DNA from: a virus
Taxonomy: Duplodnaviria > Caudoviricetes
Virus record (IMG/VR): IMGVR_UViG_3300009095_000030
Location: 1-40,804 of that record
Length of the DNA stretch: 40,804 bases
Strand: one strand, 5' to 3'
Below the pieces are notes generated by a model. It saw only the letters and a program-made list of their open reading frames with translations, ran no database searches and was not told the DNA's origin. Shown piece after piece: positions 8,875 to 17,127 of the stretch (positions are counted from its first letter, which is position 1; each line of letters begins with the position of its first letter). A program made the position numbers and the translations under genes.

Positions 8875-8882
8875 GTGTTCGA
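8867..8882 (-). promoter_or_regulatory. Imperfect LexA (SOS) box over the start codon of the DUF6233-like gene
   Basis: TCGAAC-ACAT-GCACGA versus actinobacterial consensus TCGAAC-N4-GTTCGA; adjacent TAGAAT -10 (8887-8882). Confidence 0.6.
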
Positions 8883-8891
8883 TTCTAGAGC

Positions 8892-8913
8892 TGTCGGTGG
8901 CCTCTGCCATCCT
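8892..8913 (+). promoter_or_regulatory. RecA-NDp/PafBC-type DNA-damage promoter
   Basis: TGTCGGTG-N8-CATCCT. Confidence 0.55.
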
Positions 8914-8933
8914 TGGGTCAATCGGAGGAGTCG

Positions 8934-9212
8934 ATGATGAAGCTGGCCCGCGTGATCGAGACCTGCAGCGCCTGTCCGTCCCAGTGGAACGCGTGGACAG
9001 TCGACGGGCAGTACCTCTACCTGCGATACCGGTCCGGCATCGGCACCGTGGACGCCTTCCCCAGCCCCGATCCGGACACGTGGGGCCGGTTCGCTGAGGG
9101 GGATGTCGCCCGCTTCGACACCGGCGACCGCCTCGATGGCTGCATGGAGCTGGACGACTTCCTTGCGGCCGCGGGCCTGGAGCTGGCAGCCGACGCCCTG
9201 GTCTCCGAGTGA
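8934..9212 (+). CDS. Hypothetical protein
   Basis: GGAGGAG RBS; TCSACPSQW..W...GQYLYLRYR motif. Confidence 0.7.
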   Translation: MMKLARVIETCSACPSQWNAWTVDGQYLYLRYRSGIGTVDAFPSPDPDTWGRFAEGDVARFDTGDRLDGCMELDDFLAAAGLELAADALVSE

Positions 9213-9406
9213 CCAGCCTCGGCCGCTACCACCTGCTGCTCACCGTCGACGGCCGGCCAGCACAACACGGCTGGTGGGACAGTGAGCCCGTCGCCCGCGA
9301 CAAGCTGAAGCAGTGGATCGGCGCCTGGGGCAGGCCCGGCGCGCGCATCACCCTCACCGACGAGAAGGCCGGCCGCACGTTGACGACCTGGCCGAACGAG
9401 CGCTGA
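9209..9406 (+). CDS. Small hypothetical protein
   Basis: GTGA overlap with upstream gene; GWW...ARITLTDE...TTWP pattern. Confidence 0.65.
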   Translation: MTSLGRYHLLLTVDGRPAQHGWWDSEPVARDKLKQWIGAWGRPGARITLTDEKAGRTLTTWPNER

Positions 9407-9426
9407 GCGTCTGCCATCCTGGCGCG

Positions 9427-9561
9427 ATGGATCACGAGACGACCCCGGCAGACGGCGACCTCGGCGACGAGCTGGACGCGGCCGACTTCCCCAACGAGGA
9501 ACTGACCGCCGACACCTACGTGCTGTCGACGCGCCCCGGCACTGTCAGTGCCGAGGACTAG
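9427..9561 (+). CDS. Small acidic hypothetical protein
   Basis: MDHETTPADGDLGDELD...; CATCCT hexamer 6 nt upstream suggests a leaderless start. Confidence 0.45.
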   Translation: MDHETTPADGDLGDELDAADFPNEELTADTYVLSTRPGTVSAED

Positions 9562-9564
9562 CCT
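9543..9564 (+). promoter_or_regulatory. RecA-NDp/PafBC-type DNA-damage promoter
   Basis: TGTCAGTG-N8-TAGCCT, matching TGTCRGTG-N8-TAnnnT. Confidence 0.7.
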
Positions 9565-9650
9565 GGATCCATCAGCATTCGACTACCAAGTCGGGTCTGC
9601 TACTGGCCGCCCCGCTCCGGCGTGATGCACCGGCGCGGGGCGCTGCTGCG

Positions 9651-9816
9651 TCAGGAAGCCGCGGCCTCCGCGTGCCGGGCCTTCTTCTTCACGTCCATCT
9701 CGACGTCGTACCTGCCGAGTCCCTGCTCGCTCGCGTGCTCGGTGACCGCGGCCTGCACCTCGCCGGCCAGCTTCCGCCACTCCCGCCAGGCCGGGGGTGG
9801 GGCGGACGGTGATCAC
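9651..9816 (-). pseudogene. Probable frameshifted/truncated small gene
   Basis: Protein-like AWREWRKLAGEVQAAVTEHA...DVKKKARHAEAAAS* lacks an in-frame start; nearest GTG (9816) is out of frame. Confidence 0.4.
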
Positions 9817-9841
9817 TACGCTGGCGCGGGTGCGGCCGACT

Positions 9842-10015
9842 CTAAGCCGCGGTCGTCCAGCGCGTGGCGTGCACCCACTCGTCCCGCAGCTGCTCATAGC
9901 GCTCCCGGGTCGGCCCCCACAGCCAGCCGCCCGTCGCGACCAGCAGGGCACGAATTTCCGCATCCACGACCTCGGCAGGCCGCGCGCGGCCCTCAGCCGG
10001 GGGAGTGGTCGGCAT
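9842..10015 (-). CDS. Small hypothetical protein (leaderless)
   Basis: MPTTPPAEGRARPAEVVDAEIRALL...RERYEQLRDEW, 57 aa; promoter motif immediately upstream. Confidence 0.65.
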   Translation of the reverse strand: MPTTPPAEGRARPAEVVDAEIRALLVATGGWLWGPTRERYEQLRDEWVHATRWTTAA

Positions 10016-10022
10016 GCGGCCG

Positions 10023-10044
10023 ATCGTATCGGCCGGCTCTGACA
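10023..10044 (-). promoter_or_regulatory. RecA-NDp/PafBC-type DNA-damage promoter
   Basis: TGTCAGAG-N8-TACGAT, 7 nt before ATG 10015. Confidence 0.6.
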
Positions 10045-10048
10045 GCGG

Positions 10049-10291
10049 CTACGGCTTGCCCCGGTCCACGACGTAGATGCCCATGCCGGTCACAGTCTCG
10101 ACCAGGCCCTCGCCCTTGAGTACCTGTGTGGCCTTTCGGAGCGTGTCGCGGGCCACGCCGTACTCCTGCTCCATCTCGACCATGGACGGGATGCGCCGGC
10201 CGGGGGGAATCGTTCCGTCTTCGATCTTCCGCCGGAGGTCGTCGGCGATCTGCCGGTACGGGGGTACGGGCCCCTCCCTGTCGATGATCAC
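10049..10291 (-). CDS. GntR-family winged-HTH regulator (DNA-binding domain only)
   Basis: PPYRQIADDLR..I..G...PG.RIPS...EYGVARDTLRKA...L..EGLV....GMGIYV. Confidence 0.9.
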   Translation of the reverse strand: MIIDREGPVPPYRQIADDLRRKIEDGTIPPGRRIPSMVEMEQEYGVARDTLRKATQVLKGEGLVETVTGMGIYVVDRGKP

Positions 10292-10406
10292 GGCAGTGGA
10301 CCGTAGGTCACGCCCCCTGACGCGGCATAGCTACCCCTGGGGGTGGCAGGGGGTAGTACGGTGACGTTGTGAGTGACCCCCGCGGCCGTGCGACCGGCCC
10401 GGGGGC

Positions 10407-10652
10407 GTGGCCGACGATCGGAGCGTCGACATGGTCGAGGGTAGAGACGACGAGCCTCCGGCGGGAAGTGGCCGACCGGTCGTCGGAAGGGGCGACCTTC
10501 CCACCCCGAAGAAGGCGTGGGCGCGGCTCCTGCAGCACAGTCGTGGATGTGCCGACTGCCACGACATCGACCGCCACTGCACTGAGGCGGACCTGCTGTG
10601 GAAAGCGTGGCGGGAATGTGCTGCGTGGGGGTTCGAGGAGCTGCGCGGATAG
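10407..10652 (+). CDS. Small Cys/His hypothetical protein
   Basis: H...CADC......C motif; divergent from the GntR gene; start uncertain. Confidence 0.5.
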   Translation: MADDRSVDMVEGRDDEPPAGSGRPVVGRGDLPTPKKAWARLLQHSRGCADCHDIDRHCTEADLLWKAWRECAAWGFEELRG

Positions 10653-10782
10653 CCATGGCCAACGGGTCACCACAGGTCACGGTTTCACACGGCCCACACG
10701 AAGTCCGCACAGATATATGCACAGCGCACGCTTACCTGCCATGATGCCGGATACCTGACTGGGTGTCGCTGTGTGGCGACGG

Positions 10783-11019
10783 TCAGCGAAGGAGGTCGGT
10801 GACGTGTACCCCCAGCACCTGGGCGATGCGCAGGAGCGTGCTGATGCGGGCGTCAGCAGTGCCGGCTTCGACGGCTTGGTATGCGGATCGGCTCACCTCA
10901 GCGGCCAGGAAGACGGACTCCTGAGTGCGGTTCTGGCGGAGGCGTTCGATGCGAATGCGGTCGCCGATGGCGCGGCGCTCGCGGGCGAGCCACTCGTCGT
11001 CATCGGGCAGGGTCGGCAC
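10783..11019 (-). CDS. XRE-family HTH regulator
   Basis: IGDRIRIERLRQNRTQE...VSRSAYQAVEAG....ISTLLRIAQVLGV. Confidence 0.85.
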   Translation of the reverse strand: MPTLPDDDEWLARERRAIGDRIRIERLRQNRTQESVFLAAEVSRSAYQAVEAGTADARISTLLRIAQVLGVHVTDLLR

Positions 11020-11106
11020 GGGTGCAACGCTCTGCCGAAGATGATCATAAGTCAGCCCGGTTTGCCGGGCATTATTTGATCTTGGGTGTTTGCGTGCTGG
11101 GGTAGC

Positions 11107-11124
11107 GCCTGGCATATGCCAGGC
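11107..11124. promoter_or_regulatory. Perfect 18-bp palindrome, putative operator
   Basis: GCCTGGCATATGCCAGGC between the XRE gene and a TAGTGT -10-like hexamer (11134-11139). Confidence 0.55.
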
Positions 11125-11145
11125 ACTTGGGTGTAGTGTCCATGC

Positions 11146-11294
11146 GTCGAACGCGTGTTCGAGCTATGCGTGGTCGCCCGACAGGCCGGCGACCACGAAA
11201 GGCGTGTCGACGGGCTGCAATCGGTCGCCCCCCTTTGTGGCCGTCGACGCGAGCGCTCCCCCCGCCCTGCTCGGGAGGGGGGAGCATGCTTTTG
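11146..11294 (+). ncRNA. Putative SOS-inducible structured antisense RNA
   Basis: Three hairpins (11169-11197, 11203-11251, 11255-11285 plus TTTT); 15-nt identity with 13168-13182 and 8-nt identity with 13154-13161. Confidence 0.5.
11147..11162. promoter_or_regulatory. LexA (SOS) box
   Basis: TCGAAC-GCGT-GTTCGA, perfect actinobacterial consensus. Confidence 0.85.
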
Positions 11295-11420
11295 TGGGAG
11301 ATCCCTGGGAGATGATCATGCGGAAGCAACCCAAAGCAATCCAGAGGAACCCGGCGTAACCGGGTGGCTTTGCCCAGTGATTCCGGCAGCCCGGCTACAC
11401 CCCGCTGGTAGTACACCTAC

Positions 11421-11509
<89 letters not shown>

Positions 11510-11548
11510 GGCCTCACAGCAGCAAGACGCGCGTAGATTACCCGGTCG

Positions 11549-11585
11549 AAAGACGCCCCCTCCGGTCTCCGGAGGGGGCGTCTTC
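11549..11585. terminator. Bidirectional intrinsic terminator
   Basis: AAGACGCCCCCTCCGG-TCT-CCGGAGGGGGCGTCTT between the gene fragment stop and the integrase stop. Confidence 0.85.
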
Positions 11586-11601
11586 GGGTTCCCTGCTGCG
11601 G

Positions 11602-12891
11602 TCAGGCGCTGCCTGGGAGATTTCCGGGAGATCGTTTTCTCCTGGGGGTGAGTGGCGGATACGGGCCGAACTCGCGCCGGTCAACCACGACCCTCTGCGA
11701 GGCCTCCCACAGGCGCTGCAGCTGATCGGCGATGGCAAGCTCCATCTTCAGGGTGACATGCGAGTAGGTGCCTTCGACACCCTGCAGCACGTGCCCCATA
11801 CGCGCCTCGACCGCCACCCGCGGGTGGCCTCCCTCATCGAGCCACACCTTGTGACTGTGCCGCAGGCCGTGCGGCGTCAGGCCCTCCACCCCCAGTACGG
11901 GACGGAGGCCGGTCCGGGGAGTCACGTGCAGGGCGGATTCCCGCGGTGCACGCCCCCTGACCATCGGCTGCCAGACGGACGTGTACCAATCCCCGCCCCG
12001 GAGGAGCCGCCCCCCCCTCGGGGCCGTGAACACCCACTCGGTCTTCGGCCGGGAGTCGACGAGTTCCCGCAGCAATTCCGCCAGGAAGGGCGGCAGGATC
12101 AGCCCTCGCTCGGAGGCGTACTTGTTCTCGACCTCGCGGAACTTGCCCTCGATGTACTGGGACTGCTGCACGGTGTGCAGCCGGGCGCCGGTGCCGTTGT
12201 CGTCGAGGGTGAGGTGGTCTCTGTGCAGGCCGGCCAGCTCACCGATCCGCAGACCGGTGTAGGCGGACGTGAGGACGATCGCGAACTCATTGAGACCCCA
12301 GGCCTCAAGCCCGTGCCTCGCGATCAGCAGCACCTGGCGGGGTGTGGCGAAGGCCCGCTCGTCCCGAGGCTTGGGCTGATAGCGGCCCCGGCGTCCCGTC
12401 CTGCGCGGCGCCACCGGATTGTCGCTGCGGATCCGCTCAACGACCGCGTCGGCCAGCATGGTCCGGAACGTCCCGATGACGGCGTCGACGTAGTTCGCCG
12501 ACAGCCTGGACCGCAGCTCCTTCTCCCAGGAGGCGATCGCCGCAGGGGACAGATCACCGACGGCGACATCACCCCACTGGGGCAGGATCCTGTTCTTCAG
12601 CCGGGCCCTGTACTCCCTTTCGGTGAGGGGTCGCACGTCGATGGACGCCAGCCACTTCTCGGCCCACTCGGCGACGGTGATGCGGCCGTCGCGGGGGTCG
12701 ATGAACTGCTTGCGCCGCACGTCGACCTCGAGGCCGTGCGCGTACTGCTCCGCGGCCCGCTCGCTGTAGAAAGGCTGCCCGTGCTCGTCGCGGGATACCG
12801 ATCCCCAGTGGCCGTTGGGCAGCTTGTAGCGGCCCCGGTAGCGCCACTTGCGGGCCCGCTTGTCGTAGGTGCGCTTCTCCCCATACGCCAT
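11602..12891 (-). CDS. int: Tyrosine integrase
   Basis: N-terminal arm-binding region, SAM-like domain, AYTGLRIGEL, HGLRHSH, RMGH, TYSH catalytic motifs; adjacent to attP. Confidence 0.95.
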   Translation of the reverse strand: MAYGEKRTYDKRARKWRYRGRYKLPNGHWGSVSRDEHGQPFYSERAAEQYAHGLEVDVRRKQFIDPRDGRITVAEWAEKWLASIDVRPLTEREYRARLKNRILPQWGDVAVGDLSPAAIASWEKELRSRLSANYVDAVIGTFRTMLADAVVERIRSDNPVAPRRTGRRGRYQPKPRDERAFATPRQVLLIARHGLEAWGLNEFAIVLTSAYTGLRIGELAGLHRDHLTLDDNGTGARLHTVQQSQYIEGKFREVENKYASERGLILPPFLAELLRELVDSRPKTEWVFTAPRGGRLLRGGDWYTSVWQPMVRGRAPRESALHVTPRTGLRPVLGVEGLTPHGLRHSHKVWLDEGGHPRVAVEARMGHVLQGVEGTYSHVTLKMELAIADQLQRLWEASQRVVVDRREFGPYPPLTPRRKRSPGNLPGSA

Positions 12892-12915
12892 GTGTCACCT
12901 CGGCAGCCAGCTTGA

Positions 12916-13161
12916 TCAGCCTGTCACTGTCCGCAGTGTGGAGTACACCTCGTCTGCGTCGAGCCGGCGCCGCCCGGAGGTTGCGGCGTTGAACGCCTGC
13001 TCCAGGGCCTCGACGCCGGTGCTGGCGATCAGCCCGGCGTCGATGTACAGGGTGTGCTCACCGCTGTCGCGGCCCTCGATGATCCAGACCTGGACGCCGA
13101 ACGGCATCCCTACCACGGCATGTACGCGCACAGGCATGGGTCCCCCAACGACCGCGACCAC
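12916..13161 (-). CDS. Small hypothetical protein between repressor and integrase (alternative ATG start at 13137)
   Basis: AAAGGGGGG RBS 8 nt before in-frame GTG 13161; GGGGGA before ATG 13137. Confidence 0.6.
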   Translation of the reverse strand: MVAVVGGPMPVRVHAVVGMPFGVQVWIIEGRDSGEHTLYIDAGLIASTGVEALEQAFNAATSGRRRLDADEVYSTLRTVTG

Positions 13162-13247
13162 TGCAGGCGCCCCCCTTTGTGGTGCCGGTATCAGACCACA
13201 GTTCGCCGAGTTGCGGGAGGGTTTGTGTGCAAGTTGTGTGTATCTGA

Positions 13248-13784
13248 TTACGAGCCGTTGACTGCTGAGCGGTCCGGCTCCTCGGGCAGTCCATGCAGCC
13301 GGCTCTCGGCGCGACGCCAGGCGAGGAGCGCTTTCTGAATCTCTTCCGGGGTGGCGTCCGGCTGGCCGTGCACGACGACGGTCATGCGTACCCCCTCGGC
13401 GCCCGGGAGGTGGATGACGGCGGAGTCGAGCAGCGGGTCGTCGCTTTCCAGCTCGTCGACGATCCGTAGGGGCAGCTTGCCTCGCAGCCGGCTTTCCTCG
13501 CCGTGTCCTGCGGAGCCGGCGGGCGCGGCAGCCGGGGTGGCCTCGCCGCCGCGGAGTATGGCCAGCCCTGAGCCCCTGGCCCAGCCGAGGTGGGGCTCGA
13601 CCTTCGCGAGTGACGGGGGGACGCGGGACGGCCGGCGCGTCGGGTCTTCGAGGTTCTGGACGCTCCCCTCGCTGATGCCTGCGAGGTCCGCGAGGGCGAC
13701 CTGCGACAGGCCGCGCGCCTCGCGGGCCGCGCGGACAGCGGCGGCGAGCTTTGGCCAGAGCAGATTGGTCCGGTCCTCTGTCAT
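13248..13784 (-). CDS. Immunity repressor (XRE HTH)
   Basis: VRAAREARGLSQVALADLAGISEGSVQNLE; divergent from Cro-like gene. Confidence 0.85.
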   Translation of the reverse strand: MTEDRTNLLWPKLAAAVRAAREARGLSQVALADLAGISEGSVQNLEDPTRRPSRVPPSLAKVEPHLGWARGSGLAILRGGEATPAAAPAGSAGHGEESRLRGKLPLRIVDELESDDPLLDSAVIHLPGAEGVRMTVVVHGQPDATPEEIQKALLAWRRAESRLHGLPEEPDRSAVNGS

Positions 13785-13971
13785 GGGCCTCATCATGCCG
13801 CACTGCGAAGCAACACGCACCCAGAGGGTCACTCAATTGACCAGGATTGATCGGTCTCGTGGGGGCCCTTTTTGTTGCCTCAATGACCCCTCGTTGCGCT
13901 CGCGCGCCGTAAGCGCACCTGTGCGCGCCGTGCACCTCTGGGCATAGTTCACAGTTCAACGCCCCGCTGGA

Positions 13972-14030
13972 CACCCAAGGAATCCAGGGAAGCACCCAAC
14001 AAAGCCGAACGAGCACCCAAGGAAACCGAA
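13972..14030. repeat. CACCCAA direct repeats in the immunity intergenic region (putative operators)
   Basis: CACCCAA at 13973, 13993 and 14014, about two helical turns apart. Confidence 0.5.
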
Positions 14031-14075
14031 CTCTTCCGCTTGTCATTGCATGCCATTGGGTCTACGTTGTGTCTC

Positions 14076-14282
14076 GTGAAACCCAACGGGGACGCAATGA
14101 AGGCCATCCGCGAGGCACGAGGGATCAGCCTTCAGCAACTCGCCAAAGACATTGGCCGAGATGTCGGCTTCCTCTCCCGCGTCGAACGCAACCAGCAAGG
14201 CGCGGGGGACGAGACCCTGCACCGCTACGCCGCTCGTCTGAACGTGCCCATCGACGCCATAACGCACAAGGAGGCATCGTGA
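14076..14282 (+). CDS. Cro-like XRE HTH regulator
   Basis: AIREARGISLQQLAKDIGRDVGFLSRVER. Confidence 0.85.
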   Translation: MKPNGDAMKAIREARGISLQQLAKDIGRDVGFLSRVERNQQGAGDETLHRYAARLNVPIDAITHKEAS

Positions 14283-14614
14283 CCAGGACCAGCCTTGCCC
14301 CGCCGACCGGCAGCACCCGCACTGACCAGCCGGCCGCCGACGAGCACACACTCATCCTCCGGCTCACCGAGATCGTCGAACAGCTCGCCAGGCAGCAGAC
14401 CGCAGCCGTGCTGGAGCTGCGCTGCTTCACGCCCGCCCAGGCCGCCGACATCCTCGGCAAGAACGAGCACTGGGTCCTCGACGGGATCCGCGAGGGGCGC
14501 CTCCCCCACACCCGCGTCGGCAAGTCCCCGCGCCTGACCGCAGACCACATCCGGCAGATCCAGAAGCAGGGCGAGTACCGGCCCAACAAGTACGCCAAGC
14601 CCGCCGCCGCCTGA
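14279..14614 (+). CDS. xis: Excisionase-like HTH_17 protein
   Basis: FTPAQAADILG...WV...IREGRLPHTRVGKSPR; GTGA overlap with cro. Confidence 0.75.
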   Translation: MTRTSLAPPTGSTRTDQPAADEHTLILRLTEIVEQLARQQTAAVLELRCFTPAQAADILGKNEHWVLDGIREGRLPHTRVGKSPRLTADHIRQIQKQGEYRPNKYAKPAAA

Positions 14615-14706
14615 CGCGGCATGACAGAGGTCGACGCGTAACCGCCAAGCCCGCGCCAACCTCGCGATCCACACCACCCGAACCCTGAAGAACAGGAGCG
14701 TGGACC

Positions 14707-15015
14707 GTGTCCACATCTTCTCAGAACAAGCCCACCCGCCGCGACGATCTGATCGCGATGCTGCGTCACGGCGGCGCCCGCACCGACGAGACGGCGAACT
14801 ACGTCGTCGACGCCTTCCGCGCCGAGACCCTGCGCGAGGCGATCGAGGCCGCGCGCGGCGAGTACCTGACCGACGCTACCGGCGACGAGACCGACGACGC
14901 CTACAACCGCGGTGTCGCCGACGCCGTCGCCGCGATCGACGCGCTGATGCAGGGCGGTGCCCGATGCCCGCCCCGTCCCCGGCCCGCCTGTTCGCCGACC
15001 TGGCCGACGACCTGA
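14707..15015 (+). CDS. Hypothetical early protein
   Basis: AGGAG upstream; GC3-rich codon pattern; 3' end overlaps next gene. Confidence 0.55.
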   Translation: MSTSSQNKPTRRDDLIAMLRHGGARTDETANYVVDAFRAETLREAIEAARGEYLTDATGDETDDAYNRGVADAVAAIDALMQGGARCPPRPRPACSPTWPTT

Positions 15016-15116
15016 AGCCCGCCGCCCTGGACGCGCTGATCTACGGCTGGTGGGAGGCCGAGCAGGACCGCGCCGCCCGCGACACCCGCTTCCGCGAGAT
15101 GGGAGGCGCGCTGTGA
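14964..15116 (+). CDS. Small hypothetical early protein
   Basis: MPAPSPARLFADLADD...; coupled to next gene by GTGA. Confidence 0.5.
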   Translation: MPAPSPARLFADLADDLKPAALDALIYGWWEAEQDRAARDTRFREMGGAL

Positions 15117-15349
15117 GCATCGCCGACTTCCTGGCCGCCATGTCCGGCGGCGACCTGCCCGCCGACGCCGTTCGTGAGGAGCGCTGCCTGCTCCAGCCGA
15201 TCGGCTGCGGCCAGCCCCTCATCGCCTCCGACGGCACGACCCGCGTGTTCTGGGACGAGGCGGAGGCCGCCCGCTACCAGACCGAGTGGCGCATCACCGG
15301 CCTCTGCCCGGACTGCCAGGACCGCCTGCCCACGGACGAGGAGTCGTGA
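15113..15349 (+). CDS. Small Cys-containing early protein
   Basis: GGAGG RBS; C....IGCGQ and ITGLCPDCQD. Confidence 0.6.
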   Translation: MSIADFLAAMSGGDLPADAVREERCLLQPIGCGQPLIASDGTTRVFWDEAEAARYQTEWRITGLCPDCQDRLPTDEES

Positions 15350-15552
15350 TGGCCACCGCAACCGAGCCCCGCCCGCTGGCGGACCTGGAGCAGGACGCGC
15401 TCGCCCGCGTCGAGGAGGAGTTCGCGCGCCGCGCCCGCGGGGCGAAGCCGTGGACGCCCTCCGAGTACGTGGAGCGCATCGAACGGGTCCACGCCCACTA
15501 CGCCCGCCGCCGCGCCTGGCTGCGCCTCCACGAGCAGGACACGGCCTCATGA
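15349..15552 (+). CDS. Small hypothetical early protein
   Basis: TGATG coupling, GAGGAG RBS. Confidence 0.6.
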   Translation: MATATEPRPLADLEQDALARVEEEFARRARGAKPWTPSEYVERIERVHAHYARRRAWLRLHEQDTAS

Positions 15553-15734
15553 CCGCGTCGCTGGACCTGCCGCCCACCCCGGCCACCGCCGACCCGGTCA
15601 TCGTGCCCGGCCTGCTGTCCGGCCTCGGCCTGGTCCCGCGGCCCGTGCCCCGCTGGATCACCGACCCCGACCTCATCGCCTCCATCCAGGCCGGGCTCAT
15701 CGACATCGACGACGCATTCCTGGGGGACCAGTGA
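15549..15734 (+). CDS. Small hypothetical early protein
   Basis: ATGA coupling on both sides. Confidence 0.55.
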   Translation: MTASLDLPPTPATADPVIVPGLLSGLGLVPRPVPRWITDPDLIASIQAGLIDIDDAFLGDQ

Positions 15735-16081
15735 CCACCACCATCACCCGCACCGACCTCATCCAGGTACTGGAGAAGGCCGCCGCGATCATCGGCCGCA
15801 ACGGCCTGTGCAAGCGGTACCTGTACGACACCAAGCAGGCCGCCACCGGCATGCCCCTCGCCGACTGCCGGGTCGACGTCATCGGCGCCCTCAACACGGC
15901 GGCGCACGGCACGCCCCGCTACGCCGGCAGCCCCATGGTCGCCGCCGCCGAGGAGCTGCTGCTGCAGCACGTCGACGCGGCGTCGGTCGTCGTGTGGAAC
16001 GAGCAGCCCGGACGGGACAAGGACGACGCTGTCGTCCTCCTCGCCTCGGCCGCCGCCCAGCTGCGGGCGGAGGAGTCGTGA
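15731..16081 (+). CDS. Hypothetical protein (DUF6197-like)
   Basis: L.KAA..I.RNG, D.IGAL, WNEQPGR...V motifs. Confidence 0.6.
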   Translation: MTTTITRTDLIQVLEKAAAIIGRNGLCKRYLYDTKQAATGMPLADCRVDVIGALNTAAHGTPRYAGSPMVAAAEELLLQHVDAASVVVWNEQPGRDKDDAVVLLASAAAQLRAEES

Positions 16082-16560
16082 CCATCACCGACCTGATCCC
16101 CGCGCTGAAGGGCCGCGGCCGCCGTCGCGCAGTCGACGAGGTGGAGCGGCTGCGGGAGAACGAGATCGCCCTCCTCACGAACCTCCACGCCGCCGGAGAC
16201 GAGATCGCGCTCCTGGAGCAGGGCCTCATCGAGGCCCACGCGCGGCAGGCCGAGGCCGAGGAGGTCATCGTCGCTCAGCTCGCCAGCATCGAAGACCTCC
16301 GCGCCGAGAACGACGAACTTCGCGCCGAAGTCCTCCGCTTCCGCACCCGCTTCGGTCCGCAGCTCGCCGCCGAAGCCAACGCCAACGCGGTCACCGTGCC
16401 GTCGTGGGTCCGCGACACCAGCGACCCCGCCGACCAGGCCACCGGCCCCATCGACGTCCGCCCCCTGTGGGCGGCCCGCGACGCCGGACTCCTCGGCCCC
16501 GTCACCGACCCCGGCCGCATCGGACCCGACGACGACACCCAGCCCATCGAGGCCATCTGA
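16078..16560 (+). CDS. Coiled-coil hypothetical protein
   Basis: GGAGGAG RBS, GTGA coupling, heptad-rich centre. Confidence 0.65.
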   Translation: MTITDLIPALKGRGRRRAVDEVERLRENEIALLTNLHAAGDEIALLEQGLIEAHARQAEAEEVIVAQLASIEDLRAENDELRAEVLRFRTRFGPQLAAEANANAVTVPSWVRDTSDPADQATGPIDVRPLWAARDAGLLGPVTDPGRIGPDDDTQPIEAI

Positions 16561-16667
16561 CCCGCCGCCCGCGCTGGATGACACCGGCCGGCCGGGCGGC
16601 GCAGCAAGAACCCCCGGACGCTCGAACCGCCCGGGGGTCCGACACCAGCATCCCACGGAGGGACACC

Positions 16668-16997
16668 TTGTCCGTCACGACCCAGATCACCCACACCTTC
16701 CAGACCGACGTGCGCGAGTACACGGTGCCCGCGACCAGCCCGGTACCCGGCCTGTTCGTCTACCAGATCCCCGACGAGGTCGAGCCCCTCAGCCACCTCC
16801 GCTGGAGCGTCGGCCACCACTCCGGCCTGCTGATCGCCTCCGCCATGTACGAGGACGACGCGATCCGCTGCGCCCGCAAGATCGCCGACATGGCCGACTG
16901 GACGAAGGACGTCGCCGCCCTTCGCGACGAGATCGACCAGGACCAGCTGTACGAGCGGATCGCCTGGGCCGGCTGCGAGAACCCCGCCTACACCTGA
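16668..16997 (+). CDS. Hypothetical protein
   Basis: GGAGGG RBS before TTG; typical codon bias. Confidence 0.6.
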   Translation: MSVTTQITHTFQTDVREYTVPATSPVPGLFVYQIPDEVEPLSHLRWSVGHHSGLLIASAMYEDDAIRCARKIADMADWTKDVAALRDEIDQDQLYERIAWAGCENPAYT

Positions 16998-17127
16998 CCG
17001 CCTGATCCACAACCCCATACGGCCGCGTCGAGCGCCCCCACGCTCCGCGGCACCCGGGGCCAGCTCCCTGGCACCCCCCCCCGTCCGGGGAGCTGGCCCT
17101 CCCTCAGCACACCCTCAGGAGCCTCAC

